DNA from: Methanococcus maripaludis
GTDB taxonomy: Archaea; AGJL01; Methanococci; Methanococcales; Methanococcaceae
Length of the DNA: 32,000 nucleotides
NCBI RefSeq assembly: GCF_002945325.1
Contig: NZ_CP026606.1
Coordinates: forward strand, 240,001-272,000
Reading direction: 5' to 3'
In this document: piece by piece, positions 1 through 8,562 of the stretch
Layout: every line of letters begins with the position of its first letter
How positions within the stretch are numbered: position 1 is the stretch's first letter
Made by a program: the position numbers and the translations under genes
Notes under the pieces: generated by a model
The model's input: the letters and a program-made list of their open reading frames with translations, nothing else
Told to the model about the DNA's origin: nothing
Databases searched by the model: none

Positions 1-1
1 T

Positions 2-691
2 TCAGAGCTGCCTAAAAATCTTGAAGAAGATAATAATGAATACAATTCTGATGCAATTTTAGAGTATCTGTCAAAAAAGAAAGGTTCAAAAGTTGCTTTT
101 AAAATCCCTAAACAAGGAGAGAAAAAACAACTTTTAGACCTTGCTATAAAAAATCTTGAAATTTATGTTAATGGAAATGAAATAAAAGTTCAAAGTTTAA
201 AAAACAAATTAATGCTTGATAAAAGTCCAAATGTAATAGAATGCTTTGATATATCGCATCTTTCAGGAACATTTACTGTTGGATCAATGGTCCAGTTTAG
301 AAATGGAAAACCTGACAAAAAAAATTACCGCAGATTTAAAATAAAAACAGTTTCTGGAATAGATGACTTCAAATCCATTTCTGAGGTAGTATTTAGAAGA
401 TACAGTAAATTAATCGAAGAAAATTTGGAATTGCCTGATTTAATAATTATTGATGGTGGAAAGGGCCAGCTTTCGTCAGCATTTTCTGAACTTCGAAAAT
501 TAAAACTTAAAATTCCGCTAATTTCGATCGCAAAACGTGAAGAAGAAATTTACACTCCCGGAATTGAAAATCCCCTTCCAATAAAGAAAAATGAAAAAGC
601 ATCCCTATTTATTCAGGAAATTCGTGATGAAGCACACAGATTCGCAATAAATTACAATCGATTACTTAAAAAAAAGGAATTGATAAAATGA
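2..691 (+). CDS. uvrC: Excinuclease ABC subunit C (UvrC), C-terminal part; the 5' end lies outside the window
   Basis: Frame 2 is open from nt 2 (SELPKNLEEDNNEY...) into the listed ORF. UvrC endonuclease-domain motifs are present: ECFDISHLSG, IIIDGGKGQL, IAKREEEIY, IRDEAHRFAI. The stop overlaps the uvrB start (ATGA at 688-691). Confidence 0.9.
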   Translation, partial: SELPKNLEEDNNEYNSDAILEYLSKKKGSKVAFKIPKQGEKKQLLDLAIKNLEIYVNGNEIKVQSLKNKLMLDKSPNVIECFDISHLSGTFTVGSMVQFRNGKPDKKNYRRFKIKTVSGIDDFKSISEVVFRRYSKLIEENLELPDLIIIDGGKGQLSSAFSELRKLKLKIPLISIAKREEEIYTPGIENPLPIKKNEKASLFIQEIRDEAHRFAINYNRLLKKKELIK

Positions 692-2628
692 GTTCTCCCG
701 ATTTCAAGTTAAAAGCAGATTTTAAACCAAAAGGATCCCAGCCAGAAGCAATTGCAGGGCTGGTTAAAGACCTTGAAAAAAATCCAGAAAAAAGTAAGCA
801 GACACTGCTTGGTGTTACAGGTTCTGGAAAAACTTTTACTATTGCAAATGTTATTGAAAAAGTTCAAAAACCAACACTGGTAATTGCGCACAATAAAACA
901 CTTGCGGCACAACTTTATAATGAGTTTAAAGAATTCTTTCCTGAAAATCGAGTAGAATATTTTGTTTCGTACTATGATTACTATCAGCCAGAATCATATA
1001 TTCCACAAAAAGATCAATATATTGAAAAGGATGCACAGATCAACCCGAAAATTGAGCAGATGCGTCTTCGTGCAACTTCTGCAATTCTTTCGAGAAGGGA
1101 CGTGATAATTGTTGCATCGGTTTCCTGCATATATGGTCTTGGAAATCCTGAACTTTTTAAAGAAATGGGTTTTGAACTTAAAGTTGGAGAAAAAATCAAA
1201 AGATCCGACATTATTGAAAAATTAGTAGATATTCAATACGAAAGAAACGATATGGAATTAGTTCCAGGAAGATTCAGGGTAAAAGGCGATACTTTAGATA
1301 TTATTCCCGGATATCAAGATGATATTTTAAGAGTTGAAATGTTTGGGGATGAAATTGACAGAATTTATGAATTGGATCTAAAAAACATGTCTAAAAAACA
1401 TGAAATAGATTCATTTTACATGTATCCTGCAAAACACTTCGTAATTCCCGAAGAAGATAAGAAAAATGCGATTAAATCTATTTTAAAAGAACTCGATGAA
1501 TGGCTTGTAAATTTAGACATGCTAAAATCCCACAGGTTAAAGCAGAAAACCCTGTATGATATAGAAATGATTGAAGAAACTGGAAGCTGTAAGGGAATTG
1601 AAAATTATTCGAGGCATTTTGAAAATAGGAAAGAAGGAGAACCTGCATACTGCCTTTTAGACTATTTCCCTGAAGATTTTTTGATTGTAATTGATGAAAG
1701 CCACCAGACAATCCCGCAAATTCGCGGAATGTATAAAGGAGACCGTTCAAGAAAACAGTCATTGATTGATTACGGTTTCAGACTTCCAAGTGCATATGAC
1801 AACCGCCCACTTAAATTTGAAGAATTTAAAAAATACATGAATAATGTAATTTTTGTGTCAGCTACCCCTGGAGAATACGAATTAGATAATTCAAATCAGG
1901 TTGTAGAACAGATTATTAGACCAACAGGATTGCTTGATCCAGAAGTTGAAATAAGGCCGATTGAAAATCAGGTTGAAGATATCATAAAAGAAACTGAAAA
2001 AATGGTCGAAAAAGGGGAACGGGTATTAATTACGACCCTTACAAAACGTCTTGCAGAGGAATTAACAGAATATCTTGCAAAACGAAATGTTAAAGCAAGA
2101 TATCTGCATTCTGACATAGATACAATTGAAAGGACTGAAATTATTCGAAATTTAAGGCTTGGAAAATTTGACTGCCTCGTTGGAATAAATTTATTGAGGG
2201 AAGGGTTAGACATTCCAGAAGTCGGGTTCGTTGGAATACTCGATGCTGACAAGGAAGGGTTTTTGAGAAACGATAAAAGCTTGATTCAAACAATTGGTCG
2301 TGCTGCAAGAAATGCAAACTCAAAAGTTGTACTTTATGCTGACAAAATGACCGACTCAATTAAAAAAGCAGTTTTCGAAACAGAACGAAGAAGAAAACTT
2401 CAAAAAGAATACAATGAAAAACACAATATCATGCCTAAAACTATTGTAAAACCAATAAGAGAAAAAGTAGTCGATATTTCTGATGTAAAACATATCCCTG
2501 TAGCAGATATTCCAAACGTCATTATTGAACTTGAAACTGAGATGTATGAAGCCGCAGAAGCGCTCGAATTTGAAAAAGCAATAAAAATAAGAGATACAAT
2601 TGCAAAACTGAAGAAAAAAATTAAATAA
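688..2628 (+). CDS. uvrB: Excinuclease ABC subunit B (UvrB)
   Basis: 646 aa. Walker A GVTGSGKT, YYDYYQPE beta-hairpin region, helicase motif IDESHQT, GINLLREGLDIPEV and QTIGRAARN motifs, and a C-terminal UVR motif (EAAEALEFEKAIKIRD). Confidence 0.97.
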   Translation: MSSPDFKLKADFKPKGSQPEAIAGLVKDLEKNPEKSKQTLLGVTGSGKTFTIANVIEKVQKPTLVIAHNKTLAAQLYNEFKEFFPENRVEYFVSYYDYYQPESYIPQKDQYIEKDAQINPKIEQMRLRATSAILSRRDVIIVASVSCIYGLGNPELFKEMGFELKVGEKIKRSDIIEKLVDIQYERNDMELVPGRFRVKGDTLDIIPGYQDDILRVEMFGDEIDRIYELDLKNMSKKHEIDSFYMYPAKHFVIPEEDKKNAIKSILKELDEWLVNLDMLKSHRLKQKTLYDIEMIEETGSCKGIENYSRHFENRKEGEPAYCLLDYFPEDFLIVIDESHQTIPQIRGMYKGDRSRKQSLIDYGFRLPSAYDNRPLKFEEFKKYMNNVIFVSATPGEYELDNSNQVVEQIIRPTGLLDPEVEIRPIENQVEDIIKETEKMVEKGERVLITTLTKRLAEELTEYLAKRNVKARYLHSDIDTIERTEIIRNLRLGKFDCLVGINLLREGLDIPEVGFVGILDADKEGFLRNDKSLIQTIGRAARNANSKVVLYADKMTDSIKKAVFETERRRKLQKEYNEKHNIMPKTIVKPIREKVVDISDVKHIPVADIPNVIIELETEMYEAAEALEFEKAIKIRDTIAKLKKKIK

Positions 2629-2629
2629 C

Positions 2630-2644
2630 TTATTTTTTTATTTT
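2630..2644 (+). terminator. Oligo-T stretch after uvrB (T7 then T4), archaeal-type terminator
   Basis: The sequence cttatttttttatttt lies immediately after the uvrB stop, between convergent genes. Confidence 0.4.
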
Positions 2645-2664
2645 AAATTATTAAATCAAAAATA

Positions 2665-2898
2665 TTATTTTAAAACATACTCGGTAGTCAATACTCCTAA
2701 AATCAATAATACCGATATACCTCCAAGATATAACTCTAATTTTGGAACCAATTCTATCCAGTAGGGGATTATCCCACAAAAGGGGCCATAAAATAACCTT
2801 AAAATTACAGAAATGCCAAAAATTACCAATAAAGCATTGAACAGAACATAGGATATATCTTTTTTAAAATAACTCTTTAAATTGACATCTAATCCCAT
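2665..2898 (-). CDS. Small hypothetical membrane protein (77 aa, two predicted TM helices)
   Basis: The ORF is listed as 2665..2949. I prefer the ATG at 2898 (MGLDVNLK...) because AGGGG lies 5 nt upstream. There are two hydrophobic stretches (VLFNALLVIFGISVILRLF and LYLGGISVLLILGVL). No family recognised. Confidence 0.5.
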   Translation of the reverse strand: MGLDVNLKSYFKKDISYVLFNALLVIFGISVILRLFYGPFCGIIPYWIELVPKLELYLGGISVLLILGVLTTEYVLK

Positions 2899-3248
2899 AA
2901 TAACCCCTTTTGATTTTAATAATTCGATCCAATAATTAATATATAACAATGCAATTTAAAAAAACTAATATATAATTATATGGTTTAATATACAACTTAA
3001 TTCTAAAAACCATTGAATACAGGATATGTTAGTTCTAATCCAAATTTATGGAAAAAATGCACTTAAAAGACTATAAATTCACTGGATTAGATATTCCGCC
3101 AATATTTACAATTTTTATATATTAGTTAATGAAAGAAAAAATTAATAAATGAGGGATTTTAGATAATTAACATAATTAATTGGTGATGAGCCTAATTTTT
3201 GGATATTTCTTTTTATATTAAGGTATATTTTGTTATACGAGGTTAGTT

Positions 3249-3806
3249 ATGGGAAAAACAGACAAATTTAAGAAAAAATATGGGATTAAAGATATTAGTG
3301 AACAGGGGTTTTTTGAACATTTTTTTGAACTTGCCCTATGGAATTCCAGATTTATCGTGGTTTTGGCAGTTATTTTTGGAACCCTTGGATCAATTATGTT
3401 ATTTTTAGCAGGATCTGCTGAAATATTTCATACGATTATTAGTTATTTTTCAGACCCTATGAACAGCGACCAACACAACCAGATACTAATTGGCGTTATT
3501 GGTGCAGTAGACCTTTATTTAATAGGAGTTGTACTTTTAATATTTAGTTTTGGGATATACGAGCTTTTCATCTCAAAAATAGATATCGCGCGGGCAGATG
3601 GCGAAGTTTCAAATATTTTAGAAATTTATACGCTCGATGAACTAAAAAGCAAAATCATTAAAGTTATAATAATGGTTTTAGTAGTCAGTTTCTTCCAGAG
3701 AGTTCTCTCAATGCACTTTGAAACATCGTTAGATATGATATATATGGCAATATCAATATTTGCAATATCCCTTGGAGTTTATTTCATGCACAAACAAAAA
3801 GTGTAA
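3249..3806 (+). CDS. YqhA/UPF0114-like integral membrane protein
   Basis: 185 aa with GAGGT 4 nt upstream of the ATG. The pattern (E..LWNSRFIVVLAVIFG, several TM helices, amphipathic central segment) resembles the YqhA family as I remember it. Confidence 0.65.
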   Translation: MGKTDKFKKKYGIKDISEQGFFEHFFELALWNSRFIVVLAVIFGTLGSIMLFLAGSAEIFHTIISYFSDPMNSDQHNQILIGVIGAVDLYLIGVVLLIFSFGIYELFISKIDIARADGEVSNILEIYTLDELKSKIIKVIIMVLVVSFFQRVLSMHFETSLDMIYMAISIFAISLGVYFMHKQKV

Positions 3807-3814
3807 GTTATTTT

Positions 3815-4249
3815 TTAATACACTGCATTTTTTAAATTATTCAATACTTCAAAATAGACGTTAATTTCATTGTGAATGTATTCCCCAAATAATTCATGCC
3901 GATAATTTGGAGCTTTTTCCACATTTAATTCACAATAATAACAATTTTTTAAGTCCGATATATTCATATCTAAACATTTTTTGCAGTATATACTGTACAA
4001 AAAATTCTCTTGTAGATAATTAAAATAATCAAGAGCATATTTGCTGTTTTTATGAATTTCAAAAGTAGAATGTTTGTTGCAGTATAACCCAAGCATGTGT
4101 TCTGCAACTGAAATTTCCTGAGAAACTACTTCGAGTATTTCTGGAATTTTTGAAACCATTTCAACGTTATTTTTAACGCATTCTTCGAAATTACCACAAT
4201 TTTTAAGTAAATAGATGTAATAATGAAGTTCATGATCATATCTATCCAA
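3815..4249 (-). CDS. Hypothetical Cys-rich protein with a C-terminal CxxC-x11-CxxC (zinc-ribbon-like) motif
   Basis: 144 aa. It appears to start at TTG, preceded by AGGGGGA at 4-nt spacing; the first in-frame ATG is 29 codons downstream. Contains CKKCLDMNISDLKNCYYC. Last gene of the co-directional hcp cluster. Confidence 0.55.
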   Translation of the reverse strand: MDRYDHELHYYIYLLKNCGNFEECVKNNVEMVSKIPEILEVVSQEISVAEHMLGLYCNKHSTFEIHKNSKYALDYFNYLQENFLYSIYCKKCLDMNISDLKNCYYCELNVEKAPNYRHELFGEYIHNEINVYFEVLNNLKNAVY

Positions 4250-4355
4250 AATATCCCCCTTAAATAAAAATAATCATGTGGTTAAAATTGGGAAACCTGG
4301 ATTAACATATGAAATGGGATTAATCGTCAATATATCTATTTTCATCTAAATATTA

Positions 4356-4374
4356 ATACCTTTTGAAAAGGTAT
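4356..4374. repeat. 19-bp palindrome ATACCTTTT-G-AAAAGGTAT just downstream of the cupin gene stop
   Basis: Read directly: 9-bp arms, perfect apart from the central base. It could be a terminator hairpin or a dimeric protein-binding site upstream of the 3815-4249 gene. Confidence 0.6.
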
Positions 4375-4387
4375 AAAAAAGTAAAAA

Positions 4388-4732
4388 TTAACATTTAATT
4401 GCTTCTTCAGGAGCCCCTAATTTTTTTGGATGAGGTGCTTTTAAAACAAAAAATTCAAGCGTTTCTGAATTTTCATTTTTGATTAACATTTTTGTATTGA
4501 ATGGTATGCTTAAAATCGTTCCTTTTTTGTAATTTGCCGGATTTTGATCTTCAAGAGTAATTTCCATTTCCCCACCAACAATTACTAAATTTACATTTGA
4601 ATTTGAGATATGTTTTGGCATGAATTCTCCTTTTGGAAGCATTATGTGTCTTATCTGGATATCATCGGTATTTACAAGCATTTCAACCAATTTTTTATCG
4701 GATTTATTGAAATTTTGAACTTTTTCAATCAT
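4388..4732 (-). CDS. Small cupin-fold protein
   Basis: The ORF is listed to 4786. I prefer the ATG at 4732 (MIEKVQNF...) because AGGTGA lies 4 nt upstream and this removes the overlap with the upstream gene. The single-domain beta-barrel pattern (LPKGEFMPKH...NLVIVGGEMEI...G.ILSIP) is cupin_2-like, but only one His sits in the usual HxH position. Confidence 0.6.
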   Translation of the reverse strand: MIEKVQNFNKSDKKLVEMLVNTDDIQIRHIMLPKGEFMPKHISNSNVNLVIVGGEMEITLEDQNPANYKKGTILSIPFNTKMLIKNENSETLEFFVLKAPHPKKLGAPEEAIKC

Positions 4733-4749
4733 TTTATCACCTTGAAAAA

Positions 4750-5382
4750 TCATAACTTTTTGTAAGTTATTGCATTTGTTGGGCATTTTAATTCACAATT
4801 TAAACACAAGAGGCAGTGTTTTTTGAATATCTCTGCATTTTGCTTGTTTTCAACTTTAACAGCTTCGGCAGGACATACATTTTCACAGATCTTACATGAA
4901 ATACATTTTTCAGTTACATTTAAGCCATACTTTGAAAAATACCCAGTAATGCTTAATAAAAATCCCCAAGGACATAAATAACGGTGCCATGAGTTTTCAT
5001 TTGACAGTAATGTAGTCAAAACACCAATTGAGATTATTATAATGGGTAGTGGAAATCTTGAGCCATTTATCATTGCATTTACGGTAATTCCAAGCCCCAC
5101 CATAAATAATAACATTATTAAAAGTCTTGGTTTTTCAGATTTTAGTAAATTTGGAATATTTTTACTGGAAAAGCCAGTTTTATCTTTTAAAACTTGTATG
5201 GGATGAATAATCGTATTTATGGGGCATACGAATCCGCAGTAATACCTTCCAAATATTCCTGCCAATATTATCGATAAAAATACAAAAACCATCCAAAACT
5301 GAGTTTGACCGCTTATAAAGGTCCACAAAAAGATAATAAAAAATAATACCTGAATAAAAGGCCGTATTTTTGATATCTGCAT
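4750..5382 (-). CDS. NapH/YccM-like membrane-bound polyferredoxin (4 TM helices plus 2x[4Fe-4S])
   Basis: 210 aa with GAGGG 6 nt upstream. Contains GRYYCGFVCP and HRYLCPWG (the CxxCP motifs typical of NapH/NosH/FixG-type proteins). C-terminal CISCKICENVCP and CLLCLNCELKCP are ferredoxin motifs. Confidence 0.75.
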   Translation of the reverse strand: MQISKIRPFIQVLFFIIFLWTFISGQTQFWMVFVFLSIILAGIFGRYYCGFVCPINTIIHPIQVLKDKTGFSSKNIPNLLKSEKPRLLIMLLFMVGLGITVNAMINGSRFPLPIIIISIGVLTTLLSNENSWHRYLCPWGFLLSITGYFSKYGLNVTEKCISCKICENVCPAEAVKVENKQNAEIFKKHCLLCLNCELKCPTNAITYKKL

Positions 5383-5422
5383 TTTAAACCCTCAAAATCA
5401 GATTTTAATGTTTGATATTAAA

Positions 5423-6121
5423 TTAATCCATTAATTTACCATCGAGTGAAATAACTTTTTTAGTAATATTTACATCTAAACCATTCAGTGCACGGCTTAC
5501 TAATGAATAAAGTCCACTGCAACACGGAACTGTCATTATCGCAACTGTTACATTTTTAATATCGTTTTGTTCAACAATTTGCCTTATTTTTAGCATGTAA
5601 TCTTTTGTATCGTCTAGCTTTGGACAGGCTATTGCAAGAACTTTTCCTTTCAAGAGATTATTGTGAAAATCAGGATACGCAAAAGGAACGCAATCCGCCG
5701 CAATTATCAAATCAGCGTTTTTAAAGTAAGATGCATTTGGATTTAGAAGTTGAAGTTGAAGTTGAAGTTGAAGTTGAACTGGCCAGTTTAAAAGTTCTGA
5801 TTCTGTTTCTTTATTTTGAAGCATTTCTGATCTTTGTTCAGACCTATTGAAGCTTTTTACAGCTGAACCGGGACAGGGTTTTCCACTGTGGCCACCACAA
5901 CTAAAACCAGAGTCAGAAGTAATTTTTAATGCCCCAACTGGGCAGACATCAAGGCAGGCCCCAAGACCATCACAATTGATTTCACGGGTTTTATCAACTT
6001 TTACTTTTCCCGTTTTTTCATCAGGAATTATTATACTTTCTTCACAGGCTGAAACACAGAGTCCGCACTCTTTATATCCAAGACATGTTTCACTGTCAAT
6101 TTCAATTTTGAATTTTGCCAT
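5423..6121 (-). CDS. Iron-sulfur protein: N-terminal 2x[4Fe-4S]-type ferredoxin domain plus a Cys-containing C-terminal alpha/beta domain
   Basis: The ORF is listed to 6136. I prefer the ATG at 6121 (MAKFKIEID...) with GGTGA 5 nt upstream. Cys motifs: CLGYKECGLCVSAC, CDGLGACLDVCP, CGGHSGKPCPG, then AADCVPFAY...IACPKLDD...VPCCSGL. The family is seen next to hcp in anaerobes, as I recall. Confidence 0.7.
   Translation of the reverse strand: MAKFKIEIDSETCLGYKECGLCVSACEESIIIPDEKTGKVKVDKTREINCDGLGACLDVCPVGALKITSDSGFSCGGHSGKPCPGSAVKSFNRSEQRSEMLQNKETESELLNWPVQLQLQLQLQLLNPNASYFKNADLIIAADCVPFAYPDFHNNLLKGKVLAIACPKLDDTKDYMLKIRQIVEQNDIKNVTVAIMTVPCCSGLYSLVSRALNGLDVNITKKVISLDGKLMD
5746..5778. repeat. Perfect tandem hexanucleotide repeat (GAAGTT)x5.5, in frame inside the Fe-S protein gene, encoding (QL)5
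   Basis: Read directly: gaagtt repeats at 5746, 5752, 5758, 5764 and 5770, followed by gaa. The minus-strand codons (CAA CTT)x5 give VQLQLQLQLQLL. Confidence 0.95.
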
Positions 6122-6223
6122 TGAAATCACCAACATGTAAATACTATTTTCAAACTTCTAAAATTAATTTAAATTTTTTTAAGTAATTTTTAAAAATTAA
6201 AAGTTAATATGGAGTTTAGGAGA

Positions 6224-7864
6224 TTATTCCCCTAAAAACATCTTCATATCAGATTCCACGTTGCTTATTCTGCCAAGTTCAAATTTATCAATTAATACTT
6301 TTGCAACGTTTGGCGAAAGGAATTCGGGAAGTGTTGGACCTACATGGATATTTTTAATTCCAAGATAAAGGAGTGCAAGTAAAACAGCCACTGCTTTTTG
6401 CTCGTACCACGCAATATTAAATGCAATTGGAAGCTTGTTTATATCGTCGAGTTCAAACACTTCTTTTAATTTTAAAGCAATTACTGCTAGTGAATAACAG
6501 TCATTGCACTGCCCTGCATCGATAACTCTTGGAATTCCCCCAATATCCCCGAGATTTAATTTATTGTACCGGTATTTTGCACAACCTGCTGTTAAAATAA
6601 CTGTGTCTTTTGGAAGATTTTTTGCAAATTCCGTGTAATATTCCCTATCGCTATTTCGTCCGTCGCATCCTGCCATTACAAAGAATTTTTTTATTGCGCC
6701 AGATTTTACTGCGTCAACCACCTTGTCAGCAAGCGCCAATACCTGATTATGTGCAAAACCACCGACTATTTTTCCAGTTTCAAGTTCTACTGGTGATGGA
6801 CATTTTTTAGCCTGTTCAATTACTTCTGAAAAGTCTTTTTTGCCGTTAACTGTTGGAATATATTTAATTCCAGGGTATCCAACAACGCCAGTTGTATAAA
6901 TTCTATCGGCATAACTGTCTGCAGGGGGCACAATGCAGTTTGTAGTCATTAAAATTGGTCCATTAAATGATTCAAACTCTGTTTTTTGTTTGTACCATGA
7001 ACCGCCGTAATTTCCTGCAAAATGTTCGTATTTTTTAAATTCAGGATAGTAATGTGCTGGAAGCATTTCACTGTGAGTATATACATCAATTCCAGTTCCT
7101 TTTGTCTGTTCTAAAAGGTCTTCCATGTCTTTTAAATCGTGACCGCTTATTAAAATACCAGGATTTTCCCTAACTCCGATATCAACTTCGGTTATTTCAG
7201 GATTTCCATATTTTCCAGTATTTGCTTTATCCAAAAGCGCCATCGTATCTACAGCATATTTTCCAGTTTCAAGAACCAGCGCAGTTAATTCATCGGCTGA
7301 TTTTGAATCATCAGAAATATCAATCAGCGCTTTTTTGATAAATTTGTGAATTTCACCACTGTTTTCACCAAGAACCATTGCATGGTGAAGGTATGCAGCA
7401 ATTCCTTTTAATCCGTAAAGTGTAGTAACTCTTAAAGCCCGTATATCTTCATTTTCAGTTGCCTGTAGTGAAACTTCTTTTGAATTTGATTTTTCTAAAA
7501 TTTCTAAATCTGTTTTTGCATTCCAAGTTGCAAAATCTGGTAATTGTCCGCAATTTCCGCCACAATTTGCTTTTAAACTATCCCTTAACTTCAAACCTTC
7601 TTTAACTTTTTCAATTAAGTATTTGTCATCAAAGTTAGTATTTGTAACTGATGCGAAGAGCGAATCTACAATATATCTATCTATAACTTCAGTATTTGCT
7701 CCTGTTTTTTCTGAAACATGAGAAATACCTTTTAAAGTATAAATTAAAAGGTCTTGAAGATTGGCCACATTGTCCTTTTTCCCGCAAACTCCAACTTTGA
7801 CACAACCTGTTCCTTTAACTGTTTCCTGACATTGATTACAATACATTTTTGTTGGTCTTTCCAT
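6224..7864 (-). CDS. hcp: Hybrid cluster protein (hydroxylamine/NO reductase family), class I-type
   Basis: The ORF is listed to 7873 (GTG). I prefer the ATG at 7864 ([14 protein letters not shown]...) with AGGTG 6 nt upstream. The N-terminal C-x2-C-x8-C-x5-C cubane motif, about 546 aa length, and conserved blocks ([29 protein letters not shown]) support the call. Confidence 0.92.
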   Translation of the reverse strand: MERPTKMYCNQCQETVKGTGCVKVGVCGKKDNVANLQDLLIYTLKGISHVSEKTGANTEVIDRYIVDSLFASVTNTNFDDKYLIEKVKEGLKLRDSLKANCGGNCGQLPDFATWNAKTDLEILEKSNSKEVSLQATENEDIRALRVTTLYGLKGIAAYLHHAMVLGENSGEIHKFIKKALIDISDDSKSADELTALVLETGKYAVDTMALLDKANTGKYGNPEITEVDIGVRENPGILISGHDLKDMEDLLEQTKGTGIDVYTHSEMLPAHYYPEFKKYEHFAGNYGGSWYKQKTEFESFNGPILMTTNCIVPPADSYADRIYTTGVVGYPGIKYIPTVNGKKDFSEVIEQAKKCPSPVELETGKIVGGFAHNQVLALADKVVDAVKSGAIKKFFVMAGCDGRNSDREYYTEFAKNLPKDTVILTAGCAKYRYNKLNLGDIGGIPRVIDAGQCNDCYSLAVIALKLKEVFELDDINKLPIAFNIAWYEQKAVAVLLALLYLGIKNIHVGPTLPEFLSPNVAKVLIDKFELGRISNVESDMKMFLGE

Positions 7865-7906
7865 AAAACACACCTTTTAAAATTTTAAACTTCACCCTAA
7901 AATCAA

Positions 7907-7915
7907 TTATATTAA
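7907..7915 (-). promoter_or_regulatory. Candidate TATA box for hcp (TTAATATAA on the minus strand)
   Basis: It lies about 47 nt upstream of the ATG, giving a predicted 5' UTR of about 20 nt that contains the SD. It is overlapped by a near-palindrome at 7911-7928. Confidence 0.35.
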
Positions 7916-8116
7916 TATCATGATTAATCGATTTTAAAGGAATTTTTGTAGTTTAAAGTTAGTTTAATACATTTTTATAGGGTTTTGGAATTAGTTAACG
8001 AATAGTATTGTATTATTTAGGATATAAATAAATTTTTGACCGTTTTTAAATGGTTTGTGATATAATTATTATTACTATTAAATAATTTAGTAATATTAGA
8101 CATAAAAAAGTATTTG

Positions 8117-8524
8117 TTAAAAAATAATAATGTTATCGTAGATTTTCCCATTTATATTTTGTATTTTCTGATAAAATTCAGAAACTATGTCAGATTCACC
8201 TTCGATTACAAAAATTTCGAGTTTTTTGTTCTTTTCGCATGTCGTTTTTACGTAAGACTGGTTCATTGATTTTATTATTGTCTCGTACTCAAAATAAATA
8301 TGGCTCATTTCTTCCATCGTATCTTTTGATGGGCTGTAAACAACTGTGATCATTCCATTTACAGTTTTTCCAGGGGTTAACGCATTATTTTCGATTACAT
8401 ATTTTCTTACAGCGTCACGAATGAGTTCGCTCCTGCTGGAATAATTTTTAGATTCTACAATGGAATCCAGTTCAGAAAGTAAAAATTTTGGAAAAGAAAG
8501 GCTTATCCTTTCTACGTTAGCCAT
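8117..8524 (-). CDS. NikR-family ribbon-helix-helix regulator (RHH plus ACT-like C-terminal domain) with a degenerate nickel site
   Basis: 135 aa with GGTGA 4 nt upstream. The N-terminus ERISLSFPKFLLSELDSIV...YSSRSELIRDAVRKYV is a typical NikR/CopG RHH. The C-terminal length and pattern (ITVVY...LEIFVIEGES) are NikR-like, but the HxH ligand positions are not His. Confidence 0.75.
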   Translation of the reverse strand: MANVERISLSFPKFLLSELDSIVESKNYSSRSELIRDAVRKYVIENNALTPGKTVNGMITVVYSPSKDTMEEMSHIYFEYETIIKSMNQSYVKTTCEKNKKLEIFVIEGESDIVSEFYQKIQNINGKIYDNIIIF

Positions 8525-8562
8525 TATTTCACCGATAGATAAATAATTACTATTAAAAAAAG

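Noticed and set aside
709-2359. Five minus-strand ORFs (65-94 aa) listed inside uvrB.
   Set aside because: They lie entirely antisense within a strongly supported uvrB CDS. They have low-complexity, Phe/Ser/Leu-rich translations typical of the reverse strand of AT-rich genes, and no SD.
5847-6140. 97-aa plus-strand ORF overlapping the Fe-S protein gene. The same applies to the ORFs at 6610-6810, 10017-10517, 11209-11877, 12145-13249, 15794-17352, 20446-20634 and 21310-22869.
   Set aside because: All are antisense shadows of well-supported genes, with no ribosome-binding sites or recognisable motifs.
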